A DNA stretch of 63,665 bases, the filler included, from Thraustochytrium aureum (lineage: Eukaryota), in NCBI GenBank assembly GCA_012862495.1. It is 9 parts of 7 records of this genome, joined end to end, with 100 filler letters (N's around TTAATTAATTAA, not from the genome) between each part and the next. Parts side by side here need not be neighbours in the genome. Positions count along the whole stretch, not along the records: positions 1 to 24,314 come from BLSG01000034.1; 8 more parts are not named here. One strand, written 5' to 3'. The translations under genes were made by a program, and so were the position numbers. Every line of letters starts with the position of its first letter. Position 1 is the stretch's first letter. Of this stretch, positions 1 through 12,422 are shown in pieces. The notes beneath the pieces were generated by a model. It made no database searches, had not been told where the DNA came from, and saw only the letters and a program-made list of their open reading frames with translations.

Positions 1-452
1 GATTGCTGCTCGGTGCTGCAACGGCCCGCGTCACTCTGAACCTGGACCTCGAACTTGGCTGCAAGCCCAGAGGTCACCTGGTTCTCTTCAAGTCGCCGCG
101 CCCTGAACTCGCGAAGGAGCTCCGCCAAGATCAGAACAGGGTTCGTTGCACGTTTACCCGTGGTCTGCCGTTTTCTCTCTCGGCGAGCCACTCCCTCGTC
201 GTCGCAACTTGAACCCTCGTCGCTGCTGCTGCACTCCGACGAGCAGTCGCTGCTGGCCTCGCTGTCAGAGTCGCTGCTTCCGTCACACAGGCTCGCTTGG
301 CCCCCCGAGTCCTTGGAGCCGAGCTTGAGCACCGTCCTCGACGCGCGGAGAGCCTTTGGATTGGCTTCTTTGAAGCGCTCGAGGAGCTGCGTCATGGCAA
401 AAGCGAGGGCCTCGAGGACCTCGTGCTCCCTGAGGTATCTCTCTTCCTCCAT
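1..452 (-). CDS. Hypothetical protein with a split RIIa/Dpy-30-like dimerisation motif (3'-truncated by the window edge)
   Basis: Manual translation from ATG at 452: MEEERYLREHEVLEALAFAMTQLL...acidic Ser/Asp tract...NPVLILAELLREF. The frame is open to base 1. It is not in the ORF track; the + ORF 55..1011 is its Ser-rich antisense shadow. Confidence 0.55.
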   Translation of the reverse strand, partial: MEEERYLREHEVLEALAFAMTQLLERFKEANPKALRASRTVLKLGSKDSGGQASLCDGSSDSDSEASSDCSSECSSSDEGSSCDDEGVARRERKRQTTGKRATNPVLILAELLREFRARRLEENQVTSGLAAKFEVQVQSDAGRCSTEQQ

Positions 453-664
453 CTCGCGTCCTCTCGCCAGAGCAGCCCCTCGTCCGAGTACCCCAGCGTA
501 CTGGTCCAGCACAATCAGCCTCCGCCTGGTGGCTCCTGCCCTCTTCGTGGGGCATTGCCCGCGCTCCGAGTCCGTGCACTTGGTCGTGGCGCCGCAATGG
601 CCCAACGGATGCAACGGACACATTGGCACTTGTCCGCCCTCCTGGTGCGGCTGCTCGAGAGGCG

Positions 665-3216
665 ATGAATGCGAGCGGGCGCTCGCAGACCGGCGGGCGA
701 GCTCGCGTAGATGGCATGGAGGCCGCGCGCGTGCAGGTGGCAGACCTGTTCCTGGACTCACTCGGCGGCCTGAAGGACCTGTTTCCCGAAAATGCCAGGC
801 GCGAGCGCGTCCACTCCGGCACTGCGAACGGCGCACGGAGCGAGCACGCCAAGTGGTTGGAGACGTCGCGCTGGGTCGCGCAGGCTGTGAGGGTCGGTGC
901 GGATGTCTCGCTCCAGGCGCTCTACCAGAGGCACTACCGAGGAACTGCGACGGGCTCCCGCAAGTCCCATGCTCGTCGCAACTCGCCGCGGGCAAGCGCC
1001 GACCGGGCTGACCNNNNNNNNNNNNNNNNNNNNNNNNNNNNNNNNNNNNNNNNNNNNNNNNNNNNNNNNNNNNNNNNNNNNNNNNNNNNNNNNNNNNNNN
1101 NNNNNNNNNNNNNNNNNNNNNNNNNNNNNNNNNNNAGGAGTGCTTGGCAGACTCCAGCGCTGCGCAAGATGGCCCTGACCCTGACGCGGGCGATCCAAGC
1201 GCCGGCGAGGCCAGCGCGAACTCTGCTGTGGCTGCTGACCGCCGGGCTTCGAGGGTTGATCCACCTGCTCGCAGGCAGCAGCTGGGCAAAGAGCCAGGTA
1301 CCGAAGCGATCCAACTAGTAGAGGACAGGATGTCTGACGATGAGGAGGACGAGGAGGACGAGGACGACTTTGCAGACGGGGAGGAGGGCGCCGACGTGCT
1401 GGGCCGGCTGGTCGCGATCCGCGAAGCGAGCTCAAAAGCAAACCTGCTGCCCTTGTCGGAACCTGGAAGCCAGGCAGGAAGCCAGCGTCGCTCAAGCCTC
1501 GGCGGCTTGGTCCAGCGAAACAGCGCAGGAAGCCAAGGAGGCGCCGAACCCGGGGATTCGGAGAGGAGGAAAGCCTCCTTCAACAAGGTAACCGAGGACC
1601 AGTCCGAGCGAGAGAGGCGCATTCTGTCGCAGAGGCAGGCCGCGCTGCAAAAGTTTGTGGACGAAATGGGTCTCACTCTGAGCAAGCTCAACTCCGTGTG
1701 TCATGTGCTGGGCCAGCACTCCGACGCCAAGCACATGGTCAACTCGAGGTGGTTTTATTCTTGCTTGTCTACGGTGGCTGGCGGGAGCTCGTCCTCAACG
1801 CTATCCCTGGCCTCGGCAGACTCTTGCGGAGAAGGAGTCCGCGCGGACTCGAGAAGCTCATCGTCATCGTCGCTGGGAGGGTCTGGCTCATCTTCCTCGT
1901 CTGGTACGGGATCGTCCGCCTCGCTCTTGGACGAGCCCGTGCTCTCGATCTCAACAGACCAGCACAGCGAGAGCGCTGTCGGCACCGGAGGCTTGCAGCG
2001 GCGCGGGTCCATCGCCTCGATAAACTCCAGCGGGTCTGCGAAGCGCTTCTTTGAGCTCGTTGACGAGCTCATCGACGGCATTCTCGAGGCCTTCGAGGAG
2101 CCGATCCAGGTTGGCGTAATTTCCGGAGCCGTAGTGAACGCCAGGCGCGACAGCGGGACAGGGCTCTCCCAGCTGTTAGAGCTGCACATCTCGTCCATGC
2201 ACCGGAGGCGCGCCGGGCCGCAGAAACTGATCGACTACCGTCAGATTCTTTTTCAGATGTCCAAAGCGGTGCCGGACTGCTCGGTGATGGACCGATTGCA
2301 GCTCTTTTACTCCATGTACGGGAAGAACGGCGTGGTTTCCATTAGCGGCATCTGCTCGCTGCTGTACTGGGGCGACCGCCTGGTTGCGTCTGCGCTGGAA
2401 GACGCGGAAAAGTTTATGCGGCGAATCGACGAGGACGGCGACGGCTCTGTGACGTGGGACGAGTTTCAGGCTGCGGTGGAGCGCGAGCCTTTGCTGCTCG
2501 AGTCTATTGTGCGAAATCACGGTGGGGTGGCGCGCGGGATCAGCACGGTTCGGGCCTTGCGAACTCTCGTGCACCGGGCGGACATGACTTGGGCGGTGAT
2601 CGTCAACCTGTGGTCGCAGCTCAACGATATCGGCAAAGCGCTGGACTTGGGGAACGGCATCGTGGAGGTGCGCGTTCCGAAGCTCGCGTTTGAGAACCTC
2701 GTGCTGGGACTGCTGAGCCCGCCGCAGCCCGACGACGGCGTCTTGGTCCGCAGTGTCTCGGCGAGTTTCTCTTGTCCCCAGGACCAGACGAGCGTATTGG
2801 CTCGCGACTTTGTCACGGCGCTGGGCACCGCGCTGGGCGAGCTTAACGTGGGCATTTCGCAGTCTGTGGACAAGGCGCGCTTCTACTTTAGTTTGTACAA
2901 CATCGACGGCGATCGCGTCTTGTCGCGGGACGAGATCTACCTCATGCTCTACTCGGACTCTGACGCCGAGGCGGGGCAGCGCATCCTCGAGGCGACGCAG
3001 CTGCTGCGTGCCATCGACGAGGACGGCGACGACTCGGTGTCGCTGGACGAATACACCAAAGCGGCGCTCTCTGACCCGACGTTGCTCTCGCACTTTAAGG
3101 GCTTTGGCGCGCGTGCGGACGTCGACCTGGCAGCTGTGGCTCGCGCAGAGGCGGAGGGCAGTTGGCTGCTCTCTGCGTCTGGCTCGCTCGCCACATCGGA
3201 GGCGCTCGATCTGTGA
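665..3216 (+). CDS. Multi-EF-hand calcium-binding protein (calcineurin B/NCS-like repeats in C-terminal half), interrupted by gap 1014-1135
   Basis: EF-hand loops DEDGDGSVTWDEF, NIDGDRVLSRDEI and DEDGDDSVSLDEY; DKARFYFSLYNIDGD resembles the CNB/NCS K-x-x-F-x-F-x-x-Y-D motif. The start at 665 is tentative because of the gap. Confidence 0.8.
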
Positions 3217-4193
3217 CGCGCGGACCCGCTCTCGAACGACACTGGTCCCTTGCACCACGTACGAAAGGCCCGAGCGAGCGAGAGGGGGGTTCAGCCAGCC
3301 GCGTTAGTGAGAAAGAGTCCTCTCTCGGGTCGTCAGAGGTCCACCTAGCGTAGCTAGTAGAGGTACGTCAGAGCGGCAGTCCACATTCCATTCTGGTTGG
3401 TTTCATCACCCGCCGCCCTCCCACCAGCCTGAGGGCCCGGCGCCGCAGAAAGCACCTCAAGAGTCAAAGCACTACTTCTACTACTCTAGCTAGCTAGTAG
3501 AGGTACACTGCAAGTCTGCTGGAAGGGAGCGAGGTGAAACCTCTGGCCTCGGCTTCGGAGCGTGAGAGCCAGGGCGCAGGGCTCTCTCTCCTCGCTCATC
3601 ACTCGCTCAGCCAGCGGCCCTCACTNNNNNNNNNNNNNNNNNNNNNNNNNNNNNNNNNNNNNNNNNNNNNNNNNNNNNNNNNNNNNNNNNNNNNNNNNNN
3701 NNNNNNNNNNNNNNNNNNNNNNNNNNNNNNNNNNNNNNNNNNNNNNNNNNNNNNNNNNNNNNNNNNNNNNNNNNNNNNNNNNNNNNNNNNNNNNNNNNNN
3801 NNNNNNNNNNNNNNNNNNNNNNNNNNNNNNNNNNNNNNNNNNNNNNNNNNNNNNNNNNNNNNNNNNNNNNNNNNNNNNNNNNNNNNNNNNNNNNNNNNNN
3901 NNNNNNNNNNNNNNNNNNNNNNNNNNNNNNNNNNNNNNNNNNNNNNNNNNNNNNNNNNNNNNNNNNNNNNNNNNNNNNNNNNNNNNNNNNNNNNNNNNNN
4001 NNNNNNNNNNNNNNNNNNNNNNNNNNNNNNNNNNNNNNNNNNNNNNNNNNNNNNNNNNNNNNNNNNNNNNNNNNNNNNNNNNNNNNNNNNNNNNNNNNNN
4101 NNNNNNNNNNNNNNNNNNNNNNNNNNNNNNNNNNNNNNNNNNNNNNNNNNNNNNNNNNNNNNNNNNNNNNNNNNNNNNNNNNNNNNNNNNNNN

Positions 4194-5540
4194 TACAGGC
4201 GCGCAGGCGCGCCAGGAATGGTGAGCTACGAGTGCTATTGCGAGTGGGTGGAGACGCGCAAGAATCCAGCCAAGCGACCGGAGGAGTCGTTCCGGAGGAG
4301 CATCACGGCGCACATTTGCAAGTCCAGCGGACGGCGCCCTTTTGAGCCGCAGGTCGAGGCGGAGCTCTTGAACTTTATCCGCCAGAAGCAACCGTGGCCA
4401 ATGGCGCGTGCTCTGGGGCTCAATCTCGGAACCAACGGCTTCAGAGCCATCGGCTACCACGAGTCGCAACGCTGCTTGCCAAACGCAGCCGAGCCTGGTC
4501 AAGCCAACATTCCGCCACCTTATGCTTGCGTTCGTCAGGGCTCAGACGAGGTCTCGAGCATGAGCATAGCGTCATCGGAGCCGGACGAATGCGACCCAGC
4601 TGCGGAGAGTGCTCGCCAACAACGACCACCGTTGCCAAGTGACGCAGAATTTCGAGATGCACGGCCAGTGTTCTGGCCAAACAACCCGACTTGGCAGCCA
4701 AATCTGGACGAAAGAGGCACGCCGAGGGCGGCTTTGGCGACGCCGCAATGGCACTCTCCCAGGCCCGTTGAGAGCCTCAACACTGCAACGCGAACAGAGC
4801 GCCGAATCGAGGTGCCTCCAGGTAGGGCGATCAAGCGACAGCGGCGCTCCCGCCGAGAGAGCGACGTGTACGAGTGCTTCCAGGCATGGCTCAACTCTCC
4901 AGACGTCCTGCTGCAGCTGCTGCGCTCCATGGGCATGTCCAAGGCCGAGGTTACTGATCCGGACAGCGTTCAGGGCCAGTTCGTGTTGTCAATTCTGCGC
5001 ATCTTTAGTCCCTCGCAGCTGCGCGAGTTTGTGCGCAACTCGGGCATGAATCCCTTCAGCGCGGCGGGGCTTTACATGATTGACAGCGCGCTCGAGAACC
5101 AGTTTCTGCTCGAGACGACCAAGCGCAGTTTTCTCTGCCCAGAGGACCAGGACTCGATGGCGTTCGAGCAGCTTCCTGTGGCATCGTCCGGTTTGGCGTA
5201 TTTCAAGTACAACATGGTTACAACAGAGTACCTGGAGACTGACAAGGCTTTCCGCCGCATTGTGGGCGGCGAGTGCGCAGGGAAACGCACACTCGAGTTG
5301 CAACCAAGTCAAATGCACTTGAGCTTGACGCTGCACTGGGCAGGGCCTCCAGCTCGCAGCAAGGGCCGCGTTTGGACGCACATGCGCTTCCGAAACTTGA
5401 CAACGGGCCAGTTCCACGTTTTGCGAGTCTTGTGGCAGCCTCAAAGCCGGGAGCGCCCTCATATCATGCAGGTTGCTGTGCAGGACGTCTCGCACAACTA
5501 TTCGGGCTTGATCCTTGGGGAGCAAGAGTCTTTCTTTTGA
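4194..5540 (+). CDS. Uncharacterised protein: basic N-terminal globular domain plus C-terminal PAS-like domain (5' end in gap)
   Basis: Long open frame. N-terminal WVETRKNPAKRPEESFRRSITAHI...GRRPF...LRQKQPWP-like...GFRAIGYHE block, then a low-complexity linker. The C-terminal region ends in a PAC-like VAVQDVS. Confidence 0.7.
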   Translation, partial: YRRAGAPGMVSYECYCEWVETRKNPAKRPEESFRRSITAHICKSSGRRPFEPQVEAELLNFIRQKQPWPMARALGLNLGTNGFRAIGYHESQRCLPNAAEPGQANIPPPYACVRQGSDEVSSMSIASSEPDECDPAAESARQQRPPLPSDAEFRDARPVFWPNNPTWQPNLDERGTPRAALATPQWHSPRPVESLNTATRTERRIEVPPGRAIKRQRRSRRESDVYECFQAWLNSPDVLLQLLRSMGMSKAEVTDPDSVQGQFVLSILRIFSPSQLREFVRNSGMNPFSAAGLYMIDSALENQFLLETTKRSFLCPEDQDSMAFEQLPVASSGLAYFKYNMVTTEYLETDKAFRRIVGGECAGKRTLELQPSQMHLSLTLHWAGPPARSKGRVWTHMRFRNLTTGQFHVLRVLWQPQSRERPHIMQVAVQDVSHNYSGLILGEQESFF

Positions 5541-6128
5541 TTGCGCCGGACCATGCGCTTACGAAAGGCGCCGGTTGGAGTGGACAGGCGGCGACGGGCT
5601 GCTTACAGAGCAGGGGGTGGCGAAGGGAAAGGAGCAGCGTCGCGAGCCGCATCGGCTGACGAGGTTGTTGCCGTGGCTCACGCCGGCACGGTGCTCGCTC
5701 GTTTGTGCGCGGCGGAGTCCGTCTTTCGTGAGCACAGGATCTTGCGAGCTATTTTGTGACAAGGGGGCATGGGCTTGCTTGCTGCTGCTGCAGGATGGTG
5801 CGACTCGCGGCTCTGGCGCTCGAGAGCGCCGCCCGGTAAAGCAAGCGCGACCAACTCGCCTGCATGCAGAGCAAGCACTACCGAAACAACCCGTGACGCA
5901 ACTGCTGGGGACTGCGTTGCTGGCAAACGAAGAGGACGACACGACACGCACCAGCCGCCTGGGGCCGTGCTCTTGGGGTGACGCCCGCAACCCACGAGTG
6001 GGCAGGAGGCTTTCTTTTCTTCTGAATGTTTTTATATAACAAGGCTCGCGCAGCCGTCTCACCAAAACACCGCACTCGTGCCGTCCGGGGCCGCCGCCTA
6101 GGCTCGCGTGCACCAGCCCCGGTCGCCG

Positions 6129-6648
6129 TCAGGACGGCGCACGGCAGCCCGCAGCCGACGCGTCGCTCGGAGGGACTTTCGGCCGAGCCGCGGGCTCCTC
6201 AAGGCCCTCGAGACCCTCGACCGCGCCCAATTCGTCATCGTAGAGTCGATCAAAGTGCTCCGTGCTGACAGACGGCATGAGGTAGGCCTGTGTATCGCTG
6301 ATGTTGGCCGCGGCAGGCTTGAAGACAACTCCGTCGTTGGCCCGAAATGGAGGCGAGAACAAGCTCGAGGTATCGCTGATAGAGTCGCTAAAGTCCCCCT
6401 CGCCCTCCTCCATGGCCACCAGCCAGGGCTTTGCCGCATCCGCCCCGCTCGCCGCGCCAGCCCGCGCAATCTGGAGCAGCTTGTGTCGCACGAGGGCGAT
6501 CCCGCCGCCGACGGCCACGAGGGCCAGGGCGACCCCGAGGGCGATGGCGGCCGTCCGCCAGCGACGCATCTCGGCCTCCACGTCGCCGCACGCGCCGGCG
6601 GCCTCAAGCTGCGCCGCGCCGGCGGCCTCCAGCTGTCCCATCACGGCG
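6129..6648 (-). CDS. C-terminal part of a single-pass membrane protein (5' end in gap)
   Basis: Hydrophobic segment AAIALGVALALVAVGGGIALV followed by an acidic tail; frame runs into the gap. Confidence 0.55.
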
Positions 6649-7252
6649 NNNNNNNNNNNNNNNNNNNNNNNNNNNNNNNNNNNNNNNNNNNNNNNNNNNN
6701 NNNNNNNNNNNNNNNNNNNNNNNNNNNNNNNNNNNNNNNNNNNNNNNNNNNNNNNNNNNNNNNNNNNNNNNNNNNNNNNNNNNNNNNNNNNNNNNNNNNN
6801 NNNNNNNNNNNNNNNNNNNNNNNNNNNNNNNNNNNNNNNNNNNNNNNNNGGAAATTCATGAACGAGTGTCTGTCCACTTCCAGGGGCTGGCGCCGCTCGG
6901 GAACGACCATGCGAGCGCCCGCAGAGCGCGTTGGCGGCCGCGGCGAGGCAGGCGATCGCGCGGAGCAGGGAAAGCTAAATGCGTTATTGGAAGCGCATTA
7001 ATGTAAGGTGTCCTGGGCGCTGAAGCGCGCACCCAAAGACAGCTGTCTTGCGCACGGCGTGGAGCTGCTAAGGCAAGCGCGCGCAAGGCGAGCTTCACAA
7101 AAAGCACGTCTTGGCGCGAAACGCATGCCTTTGCCGCTATGCGGGACCCTGCAAAGCGCGGTAGGGACGCTCCAGAGGCACGCCCGTTCGTTCGTTTGGG
7201 CCGTTGCAGAGTCAGAGGCGGGCAGGCTAAACGAGCCGACGCGAGGCCTCGA

Positions 7253-9286
7253 TCAGCGCCGGCGCTTGCTAGGGCTCGAGCGCCTCTGCGCCCCATAGTC
7301 GGCGTCATCGTCGTCCATAAAGGCCATGGCAAGAAGGTCGTCCTGCCCCGCGCTTGACGAAAGGTCCACATTTGCCAGGTCCTCAGTGGCGGCGACGCGC
7401 ACAGCGCGCCGCGTCGGGTTGAGCGGCGATCCGAGCCTAGTGCTTGCCGCGCCGCCCCCAGCAACGCGGACGGCCCGCCTTTTGGACGGTGGGTCTGGCC
7501 TGTTCGGCTGGGCGCCTCTCGACTCGGCGGTGGCGCGGGCGCTTGGCGCTCCTGAACTCCCGCGACTCGAGGCGCTCGAGGCAGCCTTGTCCTTGGCACG
7601 AGGAGCCCCGCCCTTTCGCAAGGCAGGTGGCTCGGAAGGATGGCGGGCTGCTCCTTGCTCGCGCCGTTGCGCAGCGTTTTGTCCCTCGGCTTCTTGCTCT
7701 TGGGGCGATAAAGAATCAGCAGAGTGCCCACCAGCGCTGTCCGGCACAGGACCGAGAGGCGCTGGGGCCTCGCTGCCCTCGCGGGTGGCACGCTGTTCTT
7801 CGTCCACAAAGGCGCTTCGAAGTCGCGTGCGCTCCGCCGGGTCCGGGAAGTTGAGCCTTGTGGCAGCGTCGCCGTAGACTTCCAACGCAGTCTCGTCCAC
7901 GGCGAGCGCGGCTCTTATCTCGGAGGGAAACGCCCCGAGGAAGCGTACGCGGTCCCCGACCCATAGGCGGCCCGTCCACCGCTGGTCGCGCTCATTCCAC
8001 GAGACGCCGCGGTACTTTGAGGCAGTCTTGTACTTGCTTCGCTTGCGCTTTGGCCCGGACGCTGCATGGCCCTCGGCGGCCGAGGCTGCGGCATCAGGCG
8101 TGTGGGCCTCTTGCGCGCTGGCGCCAGATTGGCTTGCCGTCCGCCGGAGCGACGCTACAAGCGTTTCTGCGGCTTCTCGTGCTGCCTGGGCAGCGCTGGC
8201 CGCGGCTTGGGCAGTCAGCGCCTGGTGCTGCTTAAACCCGGCCACTGCGTAGCCACGTACGCGTTCCACGCCGGCGAGGTGGCCGTTCCTGGCGGGTAGA
8301 ACGGTTCGTTCGGAAACCGCGAGGGGACTGCGCCGGTCGGCATAGCAGGGAGGAAAGGTGGCGCTCCGCTCGCCTGCGCGTCGTGCACGTCGCCCTGCCC
8401 CATCTGCTGCCCTTGCGCGCCGTACACATGGGCGGGAAACTGAACTACGTGCATTTGCCCATGCACGAGCGGCGGGGTTTGACTAAAGGCTCGCTCGTCT
8501 TGTTGTTGCTGCTGCTGTGGCTGCTGGTGTTGCAGTGGCGGGTTTCCTGGCCCCTGTGTCGTTGGCCGCCGCTGGGCAGCGCCGACCTGCTCCGCTTTGG
8601 CAGCGCATTGCTTATCGATTGGCTGGCCTTCGGTAGCTTGGGCCGGGTTTTGCGACTGGCGGCGCGCACGCCCCCCCTGCCTCGATCGGCCGGTGTTGTT
8701 GGTGGGAGCTTCCGCGCCCTGACAAAGCCTTGGCTCTGGGGGCTGCGCGTAAGCAAATGCAGGCGTCTGCGCCCATCGAGGAACGGCGCCGCCTTGTTGA
8801 TTGACGTACATGGTGGGCGAGTTGTTGGACATGGCGCCCGGCACAGGGGAGGAAGGGAATGAACACGTCGTGTGGCTGATGGTGCTGCAAAGCCTGAAGC
8901 GAGTTGCCATAGACTTGGCCAGGTCCGCCTCCGACGATGTTGGGAGCATACCTACTTGGTTGCTGTTGCATGGGGCCTCCTTGCGTGCGTCCAGGTGCGC
9001 CGTTGCTCGGACCCTGCCCCTGACTTGGCGGTATGGGCGGCGACGAGCGGCTTGCATTATTATCGGGGCGCGCCTGGCCGCCCATGTGCGTGGCACTTTG
9101 AGCTTCAAATCCAGTTCCGTGCCAGTTCATTGGAGAAAATTGACCTTGGTTCTGGTGGACATGGTAATGGCGCCTGACGCTTTCCTCGTCGGAAGGTGAG
9201 GTGTTGTTGGGTGGGGTTCTTTCTCCATGCGCGCCTGATGTGTTTTCAAGTGCCTCGAAGGTGCGGCGATTGACGTCGTCTGCCAT
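7253..9286 (-). CDS. AP2/ERF-domain transcription factor with Q/P-rich N-terminus (two apparent frameshifts, ~8860 and ~8240)
   Basis: SKYRGVSWNERDQRWTGRLWVGDRVRFLGAFPSEIRAALAVDETALEVYGDAATRLNFP is a canonical AP2 domain, preceded by NLS-like PKRKRSK. Q-rich upstream ORFs 8215..9108 and 8612..9286 overlap in different frames. Confidence 0.85.
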
Positions 9287-11916
9287 TCCGGCTGGCGCGC
9301 GTGGAATGCCACGTTCGTGGGAAAGAATGAATTACTGACGTGTTGACTTTGCGTTGAGGAGCAGCGCGTCCATCCCCGACCGACCGGCCTCGGTGCTCTC
9401 AACTTGCTCCGGGCGTTTGGCAAGGGCTGCCAATGCCTTTGCTGACGTCCTTTGGTAGTTTGCGGCCCCCGGCCCTGGCCCTCCCGCCGAGCGCGCCAGA
9501 GGTGGGTCTTGGCTACGCGACGAGCCGTGGGTAGCAGCGCGCCTCGACGAGCGCGGGCCGGCCCCGGTTGCTTGCTGGCAGACCCCTTTGGCGCACGCCC
9601 GAGCCTNNNNNNNNNNNNNNNNNNNNNNNNNNNNNNNNNNNNNNNNNNNNNNNNNNNNNNNNNNNNNNNNNNNNNNNNNNNNNNNNNNNNNNNNNNNNNN
9701 NNNNNNNNNNNNNNNNNNNNNNNNNNNNNNNNNNNNNNNNNNNNNNNNNNNNNNNNNNNNNNNNNNNNNNNNNNNNNNNNNNNNNNNNNNNNNNNNNNNN
9801 NNNNNNNNNNNNNNNNNNNNNNNNNNNNNNNNNNNNNNNNNNNNNNNNNNNNNNNNNNNNNNNNNNNNNNNNNNNNNNNNNNNNNNNNNNNNNNNNNNNN
9901 NNNNNNNNNNNNNNNNNGAGGGACTTGGCTCTCTCGGTCGCCCTGGCGTCCGCGCGTCCGGGTGCTGGTGGCTCTGCTCGGCGGGCTCGCGCAAGAGCAG
10001 CTCCATGCCTCCCTCTCCACCGCTACAAGTCGTGTGCAGTCTTGTAGCGGCTATGCTCCACAGGCTGTGCCGAGCCGCCTCTCACGAGACGCACTGTCGC
10101 GCTTGAGAAAGCGCCGCCCGACGCGGCCAGGCTCTTGAGTCTGGCGCACAGAGCCGCCGGCACTTGGCGGTAGGTGGCTGGCATCAGTGGTGGGGGGCGT
10201 GCTGGCGGGGCGGTCTGTTACTGATTCCTGTCACGCCGCCGGATTCTGCCAGAGCCTTGTGCGAGCCACGTCGCCCTCCTCGCTTGCGGCTCGCGCAGGG
10301 GCGTGACGGTGGTGCAGCCTTGAATATGTCGACACCTCGCACCGCTAGCACCAGCCGCAGGCTCGGCTGGTGCCCCGCTTCCGATCGTTGTGACGATTCT
10401 TACGCGGGTCGATGGCCTCTGCTGCACTCAAGTCTCTTTGTCTTGACGGCCTTGAAGGGCTTGTAAAGTTGCCGGGGAAAAAAGCATGGCTTGTACTTCC
10501 ACTGTGCATCGTCCTCCCAGCCAATTCGCCATCAGCCCAGTCGCACCCCCGAGCTTCACTTCGGACGCGCCACGCGAGCAGCCAGCCGAGCCTGAGGAGG
10601 CAGCTGCCAACTGCCGCGAGGGCTCACCTGCTCTGCGAAATGGGTGGGGAACTCGCCGTTTGGCGGCGCCGTTGGCAGCCTCGAGTGCAACTGCAGCCGC
10701 TCGTTCCTCCATGCGGGCCTTTTGGGCCTTTGGGGCATTCGGGAGCGTTCGTGCCGTCGTCACCTGGTGGTGTCTGCAGCCAGCGCAGTCGTACGTACCG
10801 GCCGTTCTCCCTTGCAGCGAGCGCAAGCTTTTGCTTGCAGGCCGCTTGCAATGGGCTTACTCGCCGTGCTTGAGTTGGATCAGCTTGGGTGAGAAAAGAG
10901 GCCTCGGTAGCACAAGCAAGGCACAAGTCGTGTCTTGCACTGGCCGGCCCGACCAAACATCGTGTCCCGCACAGGCCAAGTACTGACTGGTGGAGGCTTG
11001 AGAGCCCAAGCCGAGAGGGGGCCGAGCGTAGCTTGCGGATCACACATTCCCACCGCCAAAGCTGTGAGGGGCGTCCGGTTGGCGGCCTCACAAGGCTTAG
11101 CCAAAGCTAGGGCTGAGCAAGGTAGGTGGCCTGAGGTTCACAGAGGCTCGTCTCTTCGGCCAGTCGGCGGTCAGCCGCACGCTTGACTTTTCGAGTTGAT
11201 TACCTACCTACACGTGTCACCATGGAGGGCGGGTTGGCGGTTGACTGGTCCGATTCGGCGCTCGTGACGTCCAGCACCAGCGCCCACTGCAGCGCTCGAC
11301 TGCAACCCGCAACAACTTGGCGCAACAGGCCACTCACTCACTGCTGGTGACGTTTGTCCTCGTGGAGTGCGCTCAGGCAAGGAGCAAGTCAGCGCCAATC
11401 AACTTCCTCTCAAGTGCAGGCAAGGAGGTGGCGCAGGCGTCGGGGGTTGCGCCGCCCAAGTGGCGTCCGTTCGTCGTTCGTGCTTGCGCGACCGACTGAA
11501 CTGTTCTTTCGAGAAGCAGAACACGCCAACGATCAACTGTTGTTCGCGCCAGACAGAGAACTGCTCGCGAAGGAACGAACACAAAAGGCGCGAAACTGCT
11601 CGCCTTCACAACGCAAGGAAAAGGAATGAGCAAACTGCGCGTCCCGCCTCACCCCAAAACGTGCTGTGTTTCTCGCGAGTTGATACAGTATTCACTGTCA
11701 CGGCCCACAAGTCTTGACCACACGCCCACGGAACGGTAGTTTTGAGCCACCCGACCCGGTGGAGCCGCGCCAGCCAAGCTGCAGCGCTGCAGGAATGGCT
11801 GTGACGCCCTCTGCGCCTGTTCTCGTACATGCCAGGCCAGTCGCGGCTCGGCACACGAGCGCGCGAGGCTCAGCGGCTGCTCTGGGGCTGTTGCTGGTTT
11901 GATACAGGTCGGGGCC

Positions 11917-11954
11917 CAGCAGCAGCAGCAGCAGCGGCAGCAGCAGCAGCAGCA
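11917..11954. repeat. (CAG)n microsatellite, intergenic
   Basis: cagcagcagcagcagcggcagcagcagcagca. Confidence 0.8.
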
Positions 11955-12422
11955 CGTGCGCCGTCGCTCGGCGCCTCTTGGGCCGCAGCCTGCAGAGCCG
12001 CGGCGGCGATGCAGCCATCGGCTGATACGGCCTGCATGTGCCAGTCAATCTTGAGATCAATCGTCAGCGCCGACCGCGTCCGTCTTGTCAGGCGACAGCC
12101 GCGAAGCCCGAAGCTCTGGCCGAAACCCACGGGCTCAACAAAAAAGCAGCCGCCGGCGGGCCGGGTCTCGTACTACCAGTTTCGCGCTCGGCGCTGCCGT
12201 CCTCCTCCACGGATTGAGGGGACTAGTACAGGAATCTCCGCCCGGAGCGCCTCAAAGGGCACCAGCAGAGCAGCTCCAGCGCTCGCTGCCTCTTTCTCCG
12301 AGGCTCTGCAGAGCCGCAGAGGTATAGGTGAAGAGAGTGGTGCTCGACTGCATGCGGCGAGCGAGCGAGCGCAGTTCCTCCGCCGACCCGAGCGTCAAGT
12401 GTCGTCGACCATCCGATTGGCG

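Noticed and set aside
9918..12400. Assorted 60-350 aa ORFs between the AP2 genes; also 24415-25370, 31019-31676, 32201-32670 and 53294..54517
   Set aside because: No recognisable motifs or consistent coding-style composition; they cannot be supported as genes from sequence alone.
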